This document shows positions 40,573 to 55,399 of a DNA stretch of 64,000 bases, one piece after another. This DNA comes from Octopus vulgaris (lineage: Eukaryota). A program made the position numbers and the translations under genes. The first letter of the stretch is position 1. Every line of letters starts with the position of its first letter. The stretch covers positions 21,576,001-21,640,000 of the forward strand of contig OX597821.1 in the NCBI GenBank assembly GCA_951406725.2, read 5' to 3'. A model generated the notes under the pieces. That model saw nothing but the letters and a program-made list of their open reading frames with translations. It was not told where the DNA came from and ran no database searches.

Positions 40573-41324
40573 TTAGAATCTACAAGTCACTTAATGTTAA
40601 GCGAATTTAGTTAACTATTTCTAATAATTAGATACCAATAAATGCAAGTAGAACAAACATCCAAAGTAATTCTTGAAGTATGACAAGTAAATCTAAAAAC
40701 AGTTAAGAAGAGTTTCTTGAAATTCTTTGTTCAGTCTTCCTTTGTATATATTACGTCAACAACTACACATGCATACAACCTCCATGTTACTGCTGTAGTC
40801 CGGCAAAGAAAATGATCCATAAATTTATACAGTTTGGCACCAATGTGACAAAAGAAAATTAATTAATAAAATTAAAAATCATTTGAAAGTCGAATCTTGT
40901 CAGATGTAGTTTCAGATATACAAAATGGGTTTTCAATTCCTGCATGGTGAGTATATCGCTGCAAACCCTTAATTGGACGCTTATACAATTCTGCCAATCC
41001 AGCGTCCTGGACAGATTGTATTTACAGCTATTGAAATTAGGAATCACAAAGTTGACATCGAAGGAATTTAAACTCGGAAAGGGAACAGAACCATAATATT
41101 TAAGGCAAAGCAGTCTACCTCTCCTAATTTAGGCCTTTAACTGGAATGCTGCTCCAACTTACAATATCAGATTTTGCCTTGAGAAACCAGTTGGGGTTAT
41201 GACAATTGTGATATTTACGTCTTTAGAATATGGAACTATAGAATGCGAAACAGCACGAAGAAGAGTTGCCACTAACCACGAAGAAGAGTTGCCCAACCCA
41301 TTGATCGGTGAGCTGGCGCAATCG

Positions 41325-41549
41325 ATACTCTTTCACTCTTTTGTTTCAGTCAATTGACAGCGGCCATGCTGGAGAAACGCACTTATTCGAAGAAATCGAC
41401 CCGAAGACATTCTCTTTTTAAGCCTAGTACTTAAATACTAGCCTGCAAGCCGAATCACACAGTTAAGGGAACATAAACACTCCAGCACTGGTTTCAAGCT
41501 ATGGTGGGAGGACAAACAGAGACACACAAATTCATACCTACATACAAAC

Positions 41550-41613
<64 letters not shown>

Positions 41614-41855
41614 GACTGGCTTCTTTCAGGAGTGGGACTGGACCCGGAACCATGTGGTTCGTAAGCAAGCTTCTTACCACACAACAAACCTTACAATATT
41701 GTTTGGCAGCATTTCGTCTGTCATTACGTCCTCAGATCATATTCTGTCGAGGTCGAGTTTGCTTTTCATTATTTCGGGGTCGATAAAATTATTATCAGTT
41801 AAACACTGGGGTCGATGTGATCGACTTATCCTGGTCCTGTGTCAAAATTTCAAAC
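41325..41855. mobile_element. Deleted SINE A (minus, 41325-41685) and SINE B fragment (plus, 41700-41855)
   Basis: Homology to the intact copies in this window. Confidence 0.7.
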
Positions 41856-42662
41856 CTATATGATCACATGTATTGAGACTCTATCGTCAGAACTGAGGAA
41901 TCAACAGGACTGTACACTGCTGTGGACGACTGTGAAACATGAAAACACACGAATACCGACTATTTTAGGACATATGTTCATACTAGCTTTACAATCGAAA
42001 ATTTAGTTTACTCGCCGCCATAGACAAATATTTCCACGTAACAGTTAATAATATTATTACTCCACAATATATATATATATATACATTGAGACACACAAAG
42101 GTACGCACGCATACAGAGAGATGAGCACATGTGAGAGAGAAAAGTAGTTATTCAAAGTGTGCTATTATTGCCAGTCATATACATATTGAAACAAATATAT
42201 GATTAGACTTCTCACTTCATCGTCCCCAGTTTTGTGACGATTCACTGAATATCGTGAAAGTGATAAGGAGTTATATGATTAGCATATCTGCTTAATAAAA
42301 AACCTTCTCTTCGGAGAAATGACATAAAAGGAATTCAAGGCGCAGAAATGCTGTCAATAGATAAAAATGGCTCTACCTTGTATCAAATGATATGAAACAG
42401 CTACAAAAAATATCGCCTAAAGTAAGAAAGGCCCCAATTATCTCTGCTAAATCTGTACCGTATCATCAAATTCTTTTTCTTTTTTTCTTTTTGTATACTT
42501 TTCAGAACAAGGATGAAACATTATCAATATTAAATTTAAATTGGAAGCAAATTTTAATTCCAATCTGGACGGGGTTTCTATATTTCAATAAATATCCAGC
42601 ATCCCCTAGTTACCTGTATGTTATCAAAAGCCGAGTGCTCAAAGCCGTGTGTAAAAATATTT

Positions 42663-42724
<62 letters not shown>

Positions 42725-44244
42725 TGTGTGTGCGTGCTTGTGTGTACATATATTATTTATGTTTATATATATATACACACAGACGTATATATATATATAT
42801 ATATATATATTTAAATATAGATATATATGCATGGATGTTTGTATGTGTGTAATGTTGATTATAGATGATGCAACAAATCAAAAGGCAAAAGACAAGACAG
42901 GTGAGTGAACAACAATCGAGGGGCATTAGTTTGACACTTAGGAAAAATGGAAGTTTTCGACATTTCGAGTATACGTTCTTCTATAGAAAGAAATGCATTG
43001 GGAAGAGGAAACCGCAGGAAAAGGAGAAAAATGTAGAGAAAAAATGTTTCTAGATTAACAGTTGTACGCATATGTAATATATACATACATTCATACACAC
43101 ACACATACACACATATGTATATACATACATGTATATATATATATATATATAAATATGTATGTGTGTATGTATGTGTGTGTATGTTTGTGCGTGTGTATGT
43201 ATGTATGTATGTATGTATGTATGTATGTATGTGTGTATGTATGTATGTATTTATGTATGGATATACATATATATGTCTCTGCTTATATGTATGTAAGTAT
43301 GTATATCTTTTATATATCTGCAACCGTTAATCCAGAATCCATCGCACAAAGAGTGGTCAGCACTTGTGCATACGTTTGTGTGTGTGTGCGTGTATGTACG
43401 TGTGTGTGTTTGTGTTGCCCATCATCATAATTATCATCATCATCAACATTACTATTATGTTTACTTTTATCACTGTTATTATTATCATCTCCGTTTCACG
43501 ATCCCAATTGTTCAAACATTTGAAGTATGCAAGCCGCTCGACGCTGTATCATTAAAAATATTTGCGAAATGCATCGAAATATGATTGATCAATATTATAT
43601 TGGTTGTTGAAAATGTGTTAGAAAATACACAGCTCATTCAACTATTCAGTTATCACGCGCGGAAAACGTGATATATTCATGTATTCCCTTGTAACAATAT
43701 GCGTTTTGCATTGCTATTATTAATTGTGACGCAAAACATTACATGGAAAATAAAGCGGGAAATGTTTTGGTCCAGATTTTATGCTGCTGTTATTGGCATG
43801 CCATTATGGTATTTAAGGCGATATCTTCGCATGTGAAATTACGAGGAAATTATTTTTTTGTGTGTGTTTGTGTTTGTTCAATGTTTTGCTTTGTTGTTGC
43901 AGAATTAATATCTTTCTGACGTGCATTATTACATCACAATATTTGATTGTGTAAAACTTGTTGCTCCGTCTAAATATCGCCACATAATATTAAGGATTAC
44001 ACTCACATTTTTTTAAAACCCAGATATGTGTTGCCAGTGTTGTGTTGCAATGTATAATTATATAGATAGAATGAACAATCATTTTTATATAACCAGTGAC
44101 TTGCTTTGCAACTCTTGAATGTGACGACTGATACATATGTGACTTATTCTTCACCATACGATTGACTGACCCAACGATTTAATATAACATCTTTTTTCTT
44201 CGTAGCAGTCTTATCTTGGTTCATTTCTAATAATTAATATATAT

Positions 44245-44470
44245 ATTTCTTTATTGCCCACAAGGGGCTAAGCATAGAGGGGACAAACAAGGACAGACAA
44301 AGGGATTAAGTCGATTATATCGACCCAGTGCGAAACTGGTACTTTATTTATCGACCCCGAGAGGATGAAAGGCAAAGTCGACCTCGGCGGAATTTGAACT
44401 CAGAACGTAACGACAGACGAAATACGGCTTCGCATTTCGCCCGGCGTGCTAACGTTTCTGCCAGCTCTGC
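44245..44470 (-). mobile_element. SINE family B, full length
   Basis: Reverse complement of 4279-4510. Confidence 0.85.
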
Positions 44471-45074
44471 TAGGGCATAGGAAAATATGTCCAGTACTTT
44501 TTGACTATTACTCTTTTTTTCTTGTTTTGCTAGACATCCTGTCATGGTGTGCAGAAAGAATGCAGTTTCTTCCAAGTTGATGGAAAGTTTTGCTTACGAA
44601 AATGCATGTATTTATTGAATATGATGATTCAACTACGCGTTCTTGTTTTTCTTCTCTTTTTTTCTTTTGTATTTTCTGGTGCTGACTTATATGTCTATGA
44701 TTATATACAAATTTATTTGAAACCTGTAGATCCCAACATCATGTTGTATGTGTATTTATTCATCACTTGAATGATGCCACATCATAAAAGGCTACGGAAT
44801 TTCACAGACATAAATTGATGGAGAGATTGCTAAACAAAATGTGGTGGGTAACTTGAATAATCGTCTATGTATACAATGGCTCAGTTACGTTTAATCTATG
44901 GTCGGAATATTTTATCCTGAAGGTTGAATTTTGCCTCTACGATAGTAGCTGTTTTTCGGTTGCCGCATAAAGTTTTGGTTTTAGGTTATTTACAGGGAGC
45001 GTTCAGATCATGAGCTGCGCAAAACTTTAATTTGGGAGAATTGAATCTATCGAATTTTATTCTTCAATATTTTA

Positions 45075-45519
45075 TTCTTTTACTTGTTTTAATCATTTCC
45101 CTGCGACCATGCTGCAACTTCGCCTTGAAAGGTTCTAGTCGAAGAAATCGGTATCATGACTTATATTTTAATCTTAGTACTTATTCTATCAATCTCTTTT
45201 ATCAAACCTCTCCGTTACGGGCCCGTAAACACATCAACACTGGTTGTCAATCGGTGATGGACACAGATACAAATGCACACACACAAACAAACAAATATAT
45301 ATATATATATAACGGGAAGCTTTATGAAAATAAACAAAAGACGAAGGCAGGTGGAAAACAAACGAACAATTGTATTAGTATGGCGCTCAGGAAATATAAA
45401 TAAAACAAGTCTTTAACGTTTCGAGCCTACGCTCTTCAACAGAAAGATACACAGAGAGAGAAAAACACAGAAAGAAGGAGAGAAAAAAAATGCGTGCAGT
45501 AGCTAACGAATCAACATGG

Positions 45520-45553
<34 letters not shown>

Positions 45554-45709
45554 GACGGGATTCCTTCAGTTTCCGTCTACCAAATCCACTCACAAGGCTT
45601 TGGTTCGCCCGAAGTTATAGTAGAAGACACTTGCCCAAGGAGTCAGACTGAACCTCGAGCCATGTGTTTGAAAAGCAAGCTTTTTACCACACAGCCATAC
45701 CTGCGCCTA
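45075..45709 (-). mobile_element. SINE family A with a nested compact-hammerhead element (45311-45521, minus)
   Basis: The insert lies in the internal (TA)n. Minus strand 45446-45411 reads CTTT-CTGTTGA-A-GAGC-GTAG-GCTC-GAAACGTT-AAAG. Confidence 0.8.
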
Positions 45710-46221
45710 TTTGGCTCAATATTTTTCTCAATTTATCTGTTTGTGTACTTTTTCAATTCTATTCATGAAGTTTAATCTATACTTTCTTCCATTAATAATA
45801 AGGAATTTATTGTATATTAAGTTGCATTTACATTTGTGAGTTTGCGTGTATGTGTAATCCAAATATATTTGAAATTTGGAGAATCTCTATCACCCATACT
45901 TATATAAATTATGCTTACCTGTGATTTATTCATTCATAAGTTATGAAAATCAATAGGATAGTAGGATCCATCTTCTGGTATGTATTGTGATTTCTGTGTT
46001 ATTATCTGAAACAATAGAATAACATCTGTTTTCAAACTTCCACATTCGGAAAACATTTTTATTCTAATAAATCCAAATATTTTTCGTTATCAAGCCCTTT
46101 TGATAGACACACGGTCAAGCACAAACGTTTTACCAGACATCCAGACTCACTGACTTACATACTCGAACACCCACAAAGATACACAGAGAATTTTAAAATC
46201 ACTGCCAAAACGCGACGATTT

Positions 46222-46621
46222 GGGCTGTGTGGTAAGTAGCTTGCTAACCAACCACATGGTTCCGGGTTCAGTCCCACTGCGTGGCATCTTGGGCAAGTGT
46301 CTTCTGCTATAACCCCGGGCCGACCAATGCCTTGTGAGAGGATTTGGTAGACGGAAACCGAAAGAAGCCCGTCGTATATATGTATATATAAGCGTGTGTG
46401 TATTTGTTTGTGTGCCTGTGTTTGTCACCCTAGCATTGCTTGACAACCGATGTTGGTGTGTTTACGTCCCCGTCACTTAGCGGTTCGGCAAAAGAGACCG
46501 ATAGAATAAGTACTAAGCTTACAAAGAATAAGTCCCGGGGTCGATTTGGTCGACTAATGGTGGTGCTCCAGCATGGCCGCAGTCAAATTACTGAAACAAG
46601 TAAAAGAGTAAAGAGTAAAGA

Positions 46622-46623
<2 letters not shown>
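46222..46623 (+). mobile_element. SINE family A, near full length
   Basis: High identity to 38541-38960. Confidence 0.9.
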
Positions 46624-46687
<64 letters not shown>

Positions 46688-46690
<3 letters not shown>

Positions 46691-47330
46691 CGAATAAAGA
46701 TTACAAACCTCATTAAGGGATAGTAAGATCTTATGAAAGTACTGGTTAGTTATATTTATTTTACACATTTTTATGTACCCGAGCATTAAGTTAATATACC
46801 TTATAAGTCTTTTAACCCTTTCGATAATAGATTGCTTAGAATGACTTCCATCTTAATTAAATATTAATTATAACTATACATATTTGAACAAAACGTTACC
46901 AATTAATGGTCTATTGTTTTAATATGGATGCACATAATATCGCAATATATGGCATATAGTCCAATATATCTACTTGAGCTTTTCTTTCACTAAACACCCT
47001 AGAAGAATATATTGATCTAGTTTTCCATTACAACTCCAATATACACTACCTTCCACCCCTTTCTAAGGTCTATACCCTGTTTTATACTATTTTCTGTATG
47101 CATAAATTTCATCAATTAAGGGTTTGCAGCGATATACTCACCATGCAGGAATTGAAAACCCATTTTGTATATCTGAAACTACATCTGACAAGATTCGACT
47201 TTCAAATAAATTTTAATTTTATTAATTAATTTTCTGAAGGTCAAGAATTGAAACAGATGTAAGAGATGTCATTTTTTTAGTTAATAAATAATGATTAATT
47301 AATTATCTCTATTTTCTCATCTTATTTCAA
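46688..47330 (+). mobile_element. PLE-like element (same family as 415-783) with mutated hammerhead
   Basis: CTGACAA (47185-47191, G8A)..GAAAC-AGAT-GTA (47250-47261). (TA)n on both sides. Confidence 0.65.
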
Positions 47331-47417
<87 letters not shown>

Positions 47418-47490
47418 TATATGCATATATATATATAAATATATATATATGTGTGTGTAAGTATGTGTGTTGTGTATATATATATATATT

Positions 47491-47522
<32 letters not shown>

Positions 47523-47561
47523 CTCACACAGTACTCATACAAACTGGCGTGCATATATGTA

Positions 47562-47603
<42 letters not shown>

Positions 47604-47840
47604 CACACACACACAAACACACGCACTCATTAACACAAGCACACACCCACACATTTCCATACATACAGCAAACATACTGTCCCCTACCTATTTTTACTTT
47701 ATCCCTTCCCTTCCTCCTACTATCCATTTTTGACGTCATTTCTTCTAACGGATTTTTAAAATAAAAAAAACTCATTATCGCTTTGTTTACCATGTAGGCA
47801 ATAATCGAAATTTTTGTTTGTCTTGTTGTCGAGAGAGGCT

Positions 47841-47934
47841 CCTTTTCTTTCCTGATGAGAAGATTGCATAATGCACCCTTCATTCATTCGGAATGAAAAT
47901 ATGTTGTCTTCGAAACATGTGTCGAGAGTAAAGG
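47841..47934 (+). ncRNA. Canonical type I hammerhead ribozyme in a PLE-like element (about 47650-48143)
   Basis: Stem I ccttttctttc/gagagtaaagg (10/11), CTGATGA (47852-47858), 12-bp stem II with one mismatch, GAAAC-ATGT-GTC, cleavage after 47923. Confidence 0.85.
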
Positions 47935-48142
47935 AATTTTGTTAACATCTTCGTTCGACTCCATTCTTTCATTTATTCATATACAACACACAAAGTTTAA
48001 CACATGAACCCGGAGTTTCTACCCTTGACAGGTCGCTTCAACCGTGTTTTCTGACGTGAATTTGCTACCCAGGTTTCGGTTAAACCAATTTTCCATGCTG
48101 ACGATAAGCATAGGATAATTCATTCACCTATTTAAATATTCT

Positions 48143-48194
<52 letters not shown>

Positions 48195-49479
48195 GTACGT
48201 ATGTATATATGTATATATGTATATATAAATATATATGTGTACGTATGTATATATATATATATATATATTTATTTATTTATTTATATATAGAGGTGTGTAT
48301 GCATACATAGTTATATAAGTTACACATATTACATTTATCATATATATGGACATCTTGCTATGTGGAGTTAATCTGCATCCTGTTAGTTGGGTATCTAGAC
48401 ATATATTATATAATACACATACATACAACAAAACACACACATACACAGACACACGCGCGTGTTAAGAACATTTCTTCGTACACATACAGAGTACAGAGTA
48501 ACTGTAATCAAGGGATATGGGTGGGGGGAGAAGCACTAAAAAGCTAAAGTTATATTTACAATCACTCTTCCTCCATTTTGGTTCATAACGGAAATCTGAG
48601 CTTTTTTTAGTTCTCTGCCAGAAAACCACGACAATAGAAATAAATAAAGATTTTTACATAAAAAAAAGACACAAAATCTTAGTTTCAAGCCAAACAAGGT
48701 TTTTATTTTTTTAATAAAAGCAAATGGTAAGAAACAGTAAAAAAAAATATGATGTTCTTTTTGCCGTTGTTATTGTTGATAATGTTGTTCTTATTGCTGC
48801 TGTTGTTGTTGTATGTGACTTTTCTTTATTACATTTCGTGTCTTAATGCGTTCTTGCTATTTTGTTTTTTTCTTTTAATTTATTTATATATTATTAGCCT
48901 CAATAGTTTTTTTGTCTTTTTTTCTTTTTGGTTCGCGTGTTTTCTTTGTCTGTTTTGTGTATCAGTCTGCCTGTCTGTCTGAGTGACGGTCTGACTGTCC
49001 GTCTGTCGGCTTGGAGTAATCTGGCCAAAAAAATGGCAATCTTAATTATTATTACATAAGAGGAACAAACATACATACAAATACACAAATGCATAGGTAC
49101 ATATACTCATACCTATATACATACATATCCTTATGCGCGGGCACACACATATATATATACCAATATATATATATATATGTGTGTGTACGTGTGTGTTTGG
49201 TGGTGTGCTTGGATACTCATATATACATATATATATATATATGTATACATATATGTGTGTGTAAAGGCATACATACATACATATCAATAAGTACATACAC
49301 ACACATATATATATGGACTGTATGAGATTGTGCAAAAATGTATACATATCTTATGTGCATAAAAAATTAATGTGTGTGTGTGTGAGTGAGTGTTTGAGTG
49401 TATGTTTGTGTGTGTATGTTTGTGTTTCTTGTGTGTAAGTATGTAAGTATGTATTCTTTGCATTTGTTCAAATAGTGAA

Positions 49480-49584
49480 TCTGCGGCCAAGCTGGAGCAC
49501 TGCCTTGAGGAATTTGTAGTCGAATGAATCGACCCCAGAATATCTTTTAAAGCCCGGTACTTATTTTATCGATCTTTTGCCGAA

Positions 49585-49651
<67 letters not shown>

Positions 49652-49790
49652 GACGGGGTTCTTTCAGTTTCCCTCTAGCAAATCCACTCATAGTACTCTG
49701 GTCGGTCCGAAGCTGTATTAGGTGGAATGCAGTGGAACTGAACCCAGAACCATGTGGTTGGGAAGCGAGCTTCTTACCATACAGCCACGC
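49480..49790 (-). mobile_element. SINE family A, diverged and deleted
   Basis: Homology to the intact copies. Confidence 0.7.
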
Positions 49791-50386
49791 GGTCGGTTTG
49801 ATGTAAACACGTTGGTGATGGAAAAAGAGAAGAGAGGAGGAAAGAAATAAGAGGTCAGTCGAGAACTACCACCCCCATCAACACAAGCGTTACCCTCATC
49901 ATCATCAAGATCTTTTTCTTCCTCCTCTTCTTCTTCCTCCTCCTCCTCCTCTTCTTCTTCTTCTTCTTCTTCTTCTTCACCATCCTTATCATAGTACTGA
50001 CGTCGCCATTATCTTCAGCATTATCGTTACATCATGAGCATGATAACTTTTAAGTACATGAGGACGAAGGTGAAGAAAAAAAAATTGAAGATCCAGAAAA
50101 ATTGGTCGCATGCTTGCCAATGATAAGGACGATGGTGTTGATAAAGTTGGCGATGATGATGAACATGACGAAGATGATGCTGATTGGTTGTGGTTGTGAT
50201 GGTGATACTTATTGGTATTTTTATTGTTGTTATTAAGTACGACGATATCAATAATGACGTAAGAAAAGTATTAACTATCTCTATAACAACAAAAACAAAC
50301 AGAAGCTTCCATTTTTAAGTGGTCGTTTATCACAGAGTTTTATTATGGACATGTACACATTATATAGTTCAATGTATATGGTATAT

Positions 50387-50437
<51 letters not shown>

Positions 50438-50530
50438 CATACATACATACATACATACATACATTTTCACTGAAACAGTCTGTAAATATATATGTATGCA
50501 TGCAACTGCGTGTGTATATATGCATACACA

Positions 50531-50566
<36 letters not shown>

Positions 50567-50582
50567 TATATGTATGTATGTA

Positions 50583-50615
<33 letters not shown>

Positions 50616-50784
50616 ATGTATATAGGCATGCATATAAATATGCAAGTGTTCATATGTGTATAGATATGTAGATAGATAAATAAGTAGCGGGACAGAGAGG
50701 GAGAGAGAGGTACACGAATATGAACAGATATTATATAGTTATGTGTCCAACGTTAGACAATACACTCACAGATACATATATACT

Positions 50785-50860
<76 letters not shown>

Positions 50861-52203
50861 CATAGATGTGTGCGTGCGTATGTGCGTATGTATGTATGTC
50901 TACGATTTATCGGAAGTTGTTTTATCTATAATTGTATGATTATAATGAAAATGACCTCACCGGACTATATTTGGTGTATCTTCTCATCTCAAATATGATA
51001 GATATTGTCTGCATTTTATTAGAGATGCGATTCCCTCTAAATGATTGTATAGTGTGTGGGGTAGGTAGGTCCAGGTCGCGCCTCATCATGTTTGTTTGCA
51101 AATTGTTCTTATTTGTCAATAATTTACACAACATGCAGTTGAGCTAACGTCCTGCTAGAAATAGGAGTTTAATCTCTCTGAAATCATTTACATTCACATA
51201 GATATGGATGTGTAAGACTATCTGAAAATGGATATTTTCTAGATACGATTACTGAATATTTCGATAGATAGACGCGTTGGATTGTAGCATGTGGTAATTC
51301 TCCGGGATCAGTCCTAACCTGCACCTAAACATCAACAACCATAACAGCAATTTGTTCGAGCAATTTTTAACACTAGATTAACCGTAATCCATTAAATATA
51401 TGATCGAAATGCTCCGTTTACGGTCATTAAGCTCTGTGTGTGCGTGTGTGTGTGTTGTAACTAGAACTAAATTATTAAATTGCTCGTCTGTTTTATTTCA
51501 TGGAGTGATTTGAAAGCATTTCAAATGACTACGTACATCCTTGTGCTTCGCTGTTATGCTTTTGCCCCAGGTTAGGCCTGAACTAGCAGCCACATGATTA
51601 AAACGTTCTGGTTATCATGATTATATCTTATCTTCATTCCGATACTTCTCATTTATCTATAATGTTGATGGTACCTTCCATCTCCATAGATCAAGACATG
51701 ATTATTTTCACTGATGTTTCCAGCAGTAGCTAAAACATTTTACTTTATTTAATCAATATACTGACTGTTTGCGACTTACTCTGCTATTTTCTGCTCCTGA
51801 TTCGCTCAGACCCCATAGCATTTCTTCTAATGAAATTGCCATAGATAGGTCTTGGCATGACTCATATATGATCCCGAATTAATGTTGAACTCTAAGGAAG
51901 ACCCTCGGAATTTCGTTGTTAAATGCTACAAGGGTATTCTTTTAACGCTGACTCAATGGTTCTCCTCCCTCCCATTTATCAGCAGAAAAGACGTTACAGA
52001 ACCTGCTGGTAACCCAATCTTGAAGTTGGGCTCCAGTTGTAAGGCATGCATTAAGACCCCTATTATCCATGTTCTACAAGAGAATGTGCGTCTTGTTTTT
52101 TTTTTTTCGAAGTCAGTTAAAAGGAAACTTTTGAAGTAGTTCATGCCTTATTGACATGCTGCTTTGTTTGTAGGACAACTTTTCTACAGGCTCTCAGCTT
52201 GAT

Positions 52204-54310
52204 TTATGGGACTGCAACGCGGCGGAGTGTGAAGAGCTAGCAGAGGAGCTTAACTGAGCGAAAGGTGCTTCTTACATTGATGCTGAGCGGAGAAATCCTT
52301 AAAGTTCAAACAGTCAGGATCATCAATCTCTATCAAGAGAGTGACTGCAATTTAAACTATGCAAAATCTATGCACCTCACCAAAACTTTCTCGTGAAGTC
52401 TGCCTATGATTCTGTTGGGTTTTACAATTCCGTTATGGACTTCATCATTGATGTGGACGATATTTGAATGAGTTAACATGCATGTGAATTTGAGAACGAT
52501 CATTATAATCTATCCAGATATAAAGTATCAAAGTATCTAGTGCTACATTAATTGAGGTTTTTAGTTCCTCAGTTTGTGTTCAACCACACGAACAAGGACA
52601 GTCTTTTTCTAAAATAGTACTATGTGACTGCAAGGAGATGTCAGTGATAATTCTATCACACCCTCCGGCTTTGACTTGGTAAATAAAAAGCTGTCGTGAA
52701 AAGACGCAAATTTTTTTAGAATTTGTTACATGACTATTTCCAATTGTAAACTTAGTGGTAAATATTTTCGACACATGATTAAAAGGTCAGCTTAAGTTCT
52801 GGATGTGGCGACCGTGTGTCTTTCAGAAGAAACGCTTTGTTTTCAAGTCACTCCATTTTTCTCATCTATAAGGATTACATGCTTATGAATTATCATTTTA
52901 CTTCAGCTGCTACATCCTACCTTTTCTTCAAGTGAAAAGTGAATGGTCAAAAGAGGTGTATATGTATGTTATATTGACACCGAACACAATTAACGATGGT
53001 GCAGTATATGTTACAGAAACATTCTCGTCAGTGAGTGTCAGCTGACGATATGCACAGTAAGGATTATGTGTACTAGAGTACTTGATAAATGACTGACCTG
53101 TTAGACTCATCTTTCATATGTAATCTCCAACGAAGCTTATTGCTCAAGACATCGTGTATTTTAACACAACACTGTTCAGAGATGTGACATATTGAGCTGT
53201 AACACGTATATGACATATAAGTAATGAGGTACTTTGTAGATTAATTTCAATAAGAAACACAATGAAATACATTTCACTAACAGTAAAGAATCATATGTGG
53301 AAAATTTGCACTCTAACTATAAATAATTATGTGGGCCCTACCATACGTAATGAACTGAAACAAAGAATTTTAATTAATTAATTAATTAAATTTACTCCTT
53401 TAAAGTGGAGAAAAAGATCATTATGTTAATGACAAATTCTTATCCGCCATTGCATTCAATTTCTAATTAATTTCGATTAATGATTTCCTTTTTTTCTCAT
53501 CTTCAATAAGGCTGTAATTTTCCTTAATTAAAAATTCTAGTGTCTCTGCTTCAAGCATTCTAATATGATCGGCTTTAGTATTCATTTCTATGCTGCAAGC
53601 ATCCATGAGTATTTTCCTCCCATTTTTCCGAGTGACCTTTCAGTAAAATATTATCTCTTCTCCTCGCCATTCTGACATCGACGAACAATAATATTTTCCC
53701 TATGCCACACTTATGAGGCTTAAAGCCAAACATGTCCGGAATTTTCACCACTCTAACGAGGATCAAATTCAGTTTTTGCATAGTTTATATGGTTTGATAT
53801 CCTTCCTAGCATCACAATTTTACAAAATATACATGAGCCATTAGTTTTTGAGACACATCACCGGAGAGATTTTCATGTCCTGGGCAACACTAAAGAATAC
53901 TCGTAGACGTATGTTGAGAATTCTACTTTTAATTCATTTATAATTTTAAGATTTTCTCGCTTACATTTTTTTTTTTCGTTTTATTTTTCACAATCAAATC
54001 ACGAACCTAATTTCTCCTAATTCTTTTTTCGCTGCTTTTGTAGATCCCCATGGTCCCCGGTTTCCTCTCCAATTCCTTTATTAGAATTTGAAGTGGGAGC
54101 TTGAGCAATAGTGAATATTTCATTGACTGATTACACAACTACGGAAGCCACCCCTACGGATAAATTGCAGTTACTCTCTTGATAGAGATTGATGATACTG
54201 ACTGTTTGAACTTTAAGGATTTCTCCGCTCAGCATCAATGTAAGAAGAACCTTTCGCTCTCTGAGCTCCTCCGCTAGCTCTTCACACTTCGCTGCGTTGC
54301 AGTCCCATAA
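52204..54310. repeat. About 150-bp inverted repeat pair (52204-52353 / 54162-54310), roughly 1.8 kb apart
   Basis: ttatgggactgcaacgc..gagagtgactgcaattt and its reverse complement, about 90% or more identical. Confidence 0.85.
53580..53900 (-). pseudogene. Possible decayed Tc1/mariner-superfamily transposase fragment
   Basis: KSLR*CVSKTNGS..ARKDIKPYK..KILLFVD..WEENTH resembles the HTH-PYK-ILFSDE-WxxENPH order. Confidence 0.35.
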
Positions 54311-55399
54311 CCCCGCCGAATCCCTGACAGGGTTGCTGAATGGGTACTATACCTTGTCAAAATGCAATCTTTAAGGGTATTTTCAAAATACCCGCATACC
54401 CATTTCTCTTAGTTAATTAACATTTACGCTCTCTGCTTCGCTGTCCTAGTGCCTATTTTCCTGCTTCTTTTTCATACAGAAGGCCTTATTGTTCATACCC
54501 TTACTGTTATTCTTACAAGCTAAGTCATGTGGCTGAGCGGCCAGGCCGTTGGACTCACGATTTCACGTCCGTAAATTCGATTCGCCAACTGACTAGCGTG
54601 TAGTCCTTTTGGATAAGTTACTTCTTTTCACCTTTCCTGTGCATTCGTTTTAAAATGAGTCGCATCATCTGCAAAGTTATTCCTCGTTAGCTATTAAGCC
54701 AAAGTAACTACAAAATGTTAACAATTCTTGAGGGCTACATCACCATGGATGAGGATATTCCTATAGTACTCTGAAGTTTTAATTAGAAGGGAACAACTGT
54801 GACAATAGCAACCGCGACCCCTTCTCCAACTGATAAAATTTATGATTGAGATTCAACTGGAAAAAACTCCTGACATCTGTAGAAAAATTAGATAGAAGGG
54901 TTATGCTATAAATGGCAGCTAAATTTTCCTTAAGTCATATCCTACCATTTGAAGGAAAGAGAAACCTACCCACAGCAGAGGATTTTGAAAAAAAACAACC
55001 TTCGTTTTATAGACATTTGTAGACATCAGTTACTTTTTTTGTGTGTCATTTAAACTTGTTTTAAAAGCGTACGTAATTTGAGTGGATGTCAGTAACTTTT
55101 AAGTGAAAACCTGACGGTTATTAGTTGATAATCTTCGTTAAGACCTGAAAAATGCTGTTGAAGCTGTAGCTTCAGGCAAGTGAATATTTCTTGAATTATT
55201 TCGAAAGGAAATACAGAATTTCTTTCTTTGTTGTATTTACTTCAGCATGGAAAATAGTTGAAGTTATATATTATTATAGCTGGAAGGGAAAATAATTCGT
55301 TGTAAAGCTTACACTGCAGAGTATATGTCGCATTATGAAGTCAAAATTACCTTATCATCTAAATTTCAATTTGTTAAGACCATACGCATGTAGCAATCT

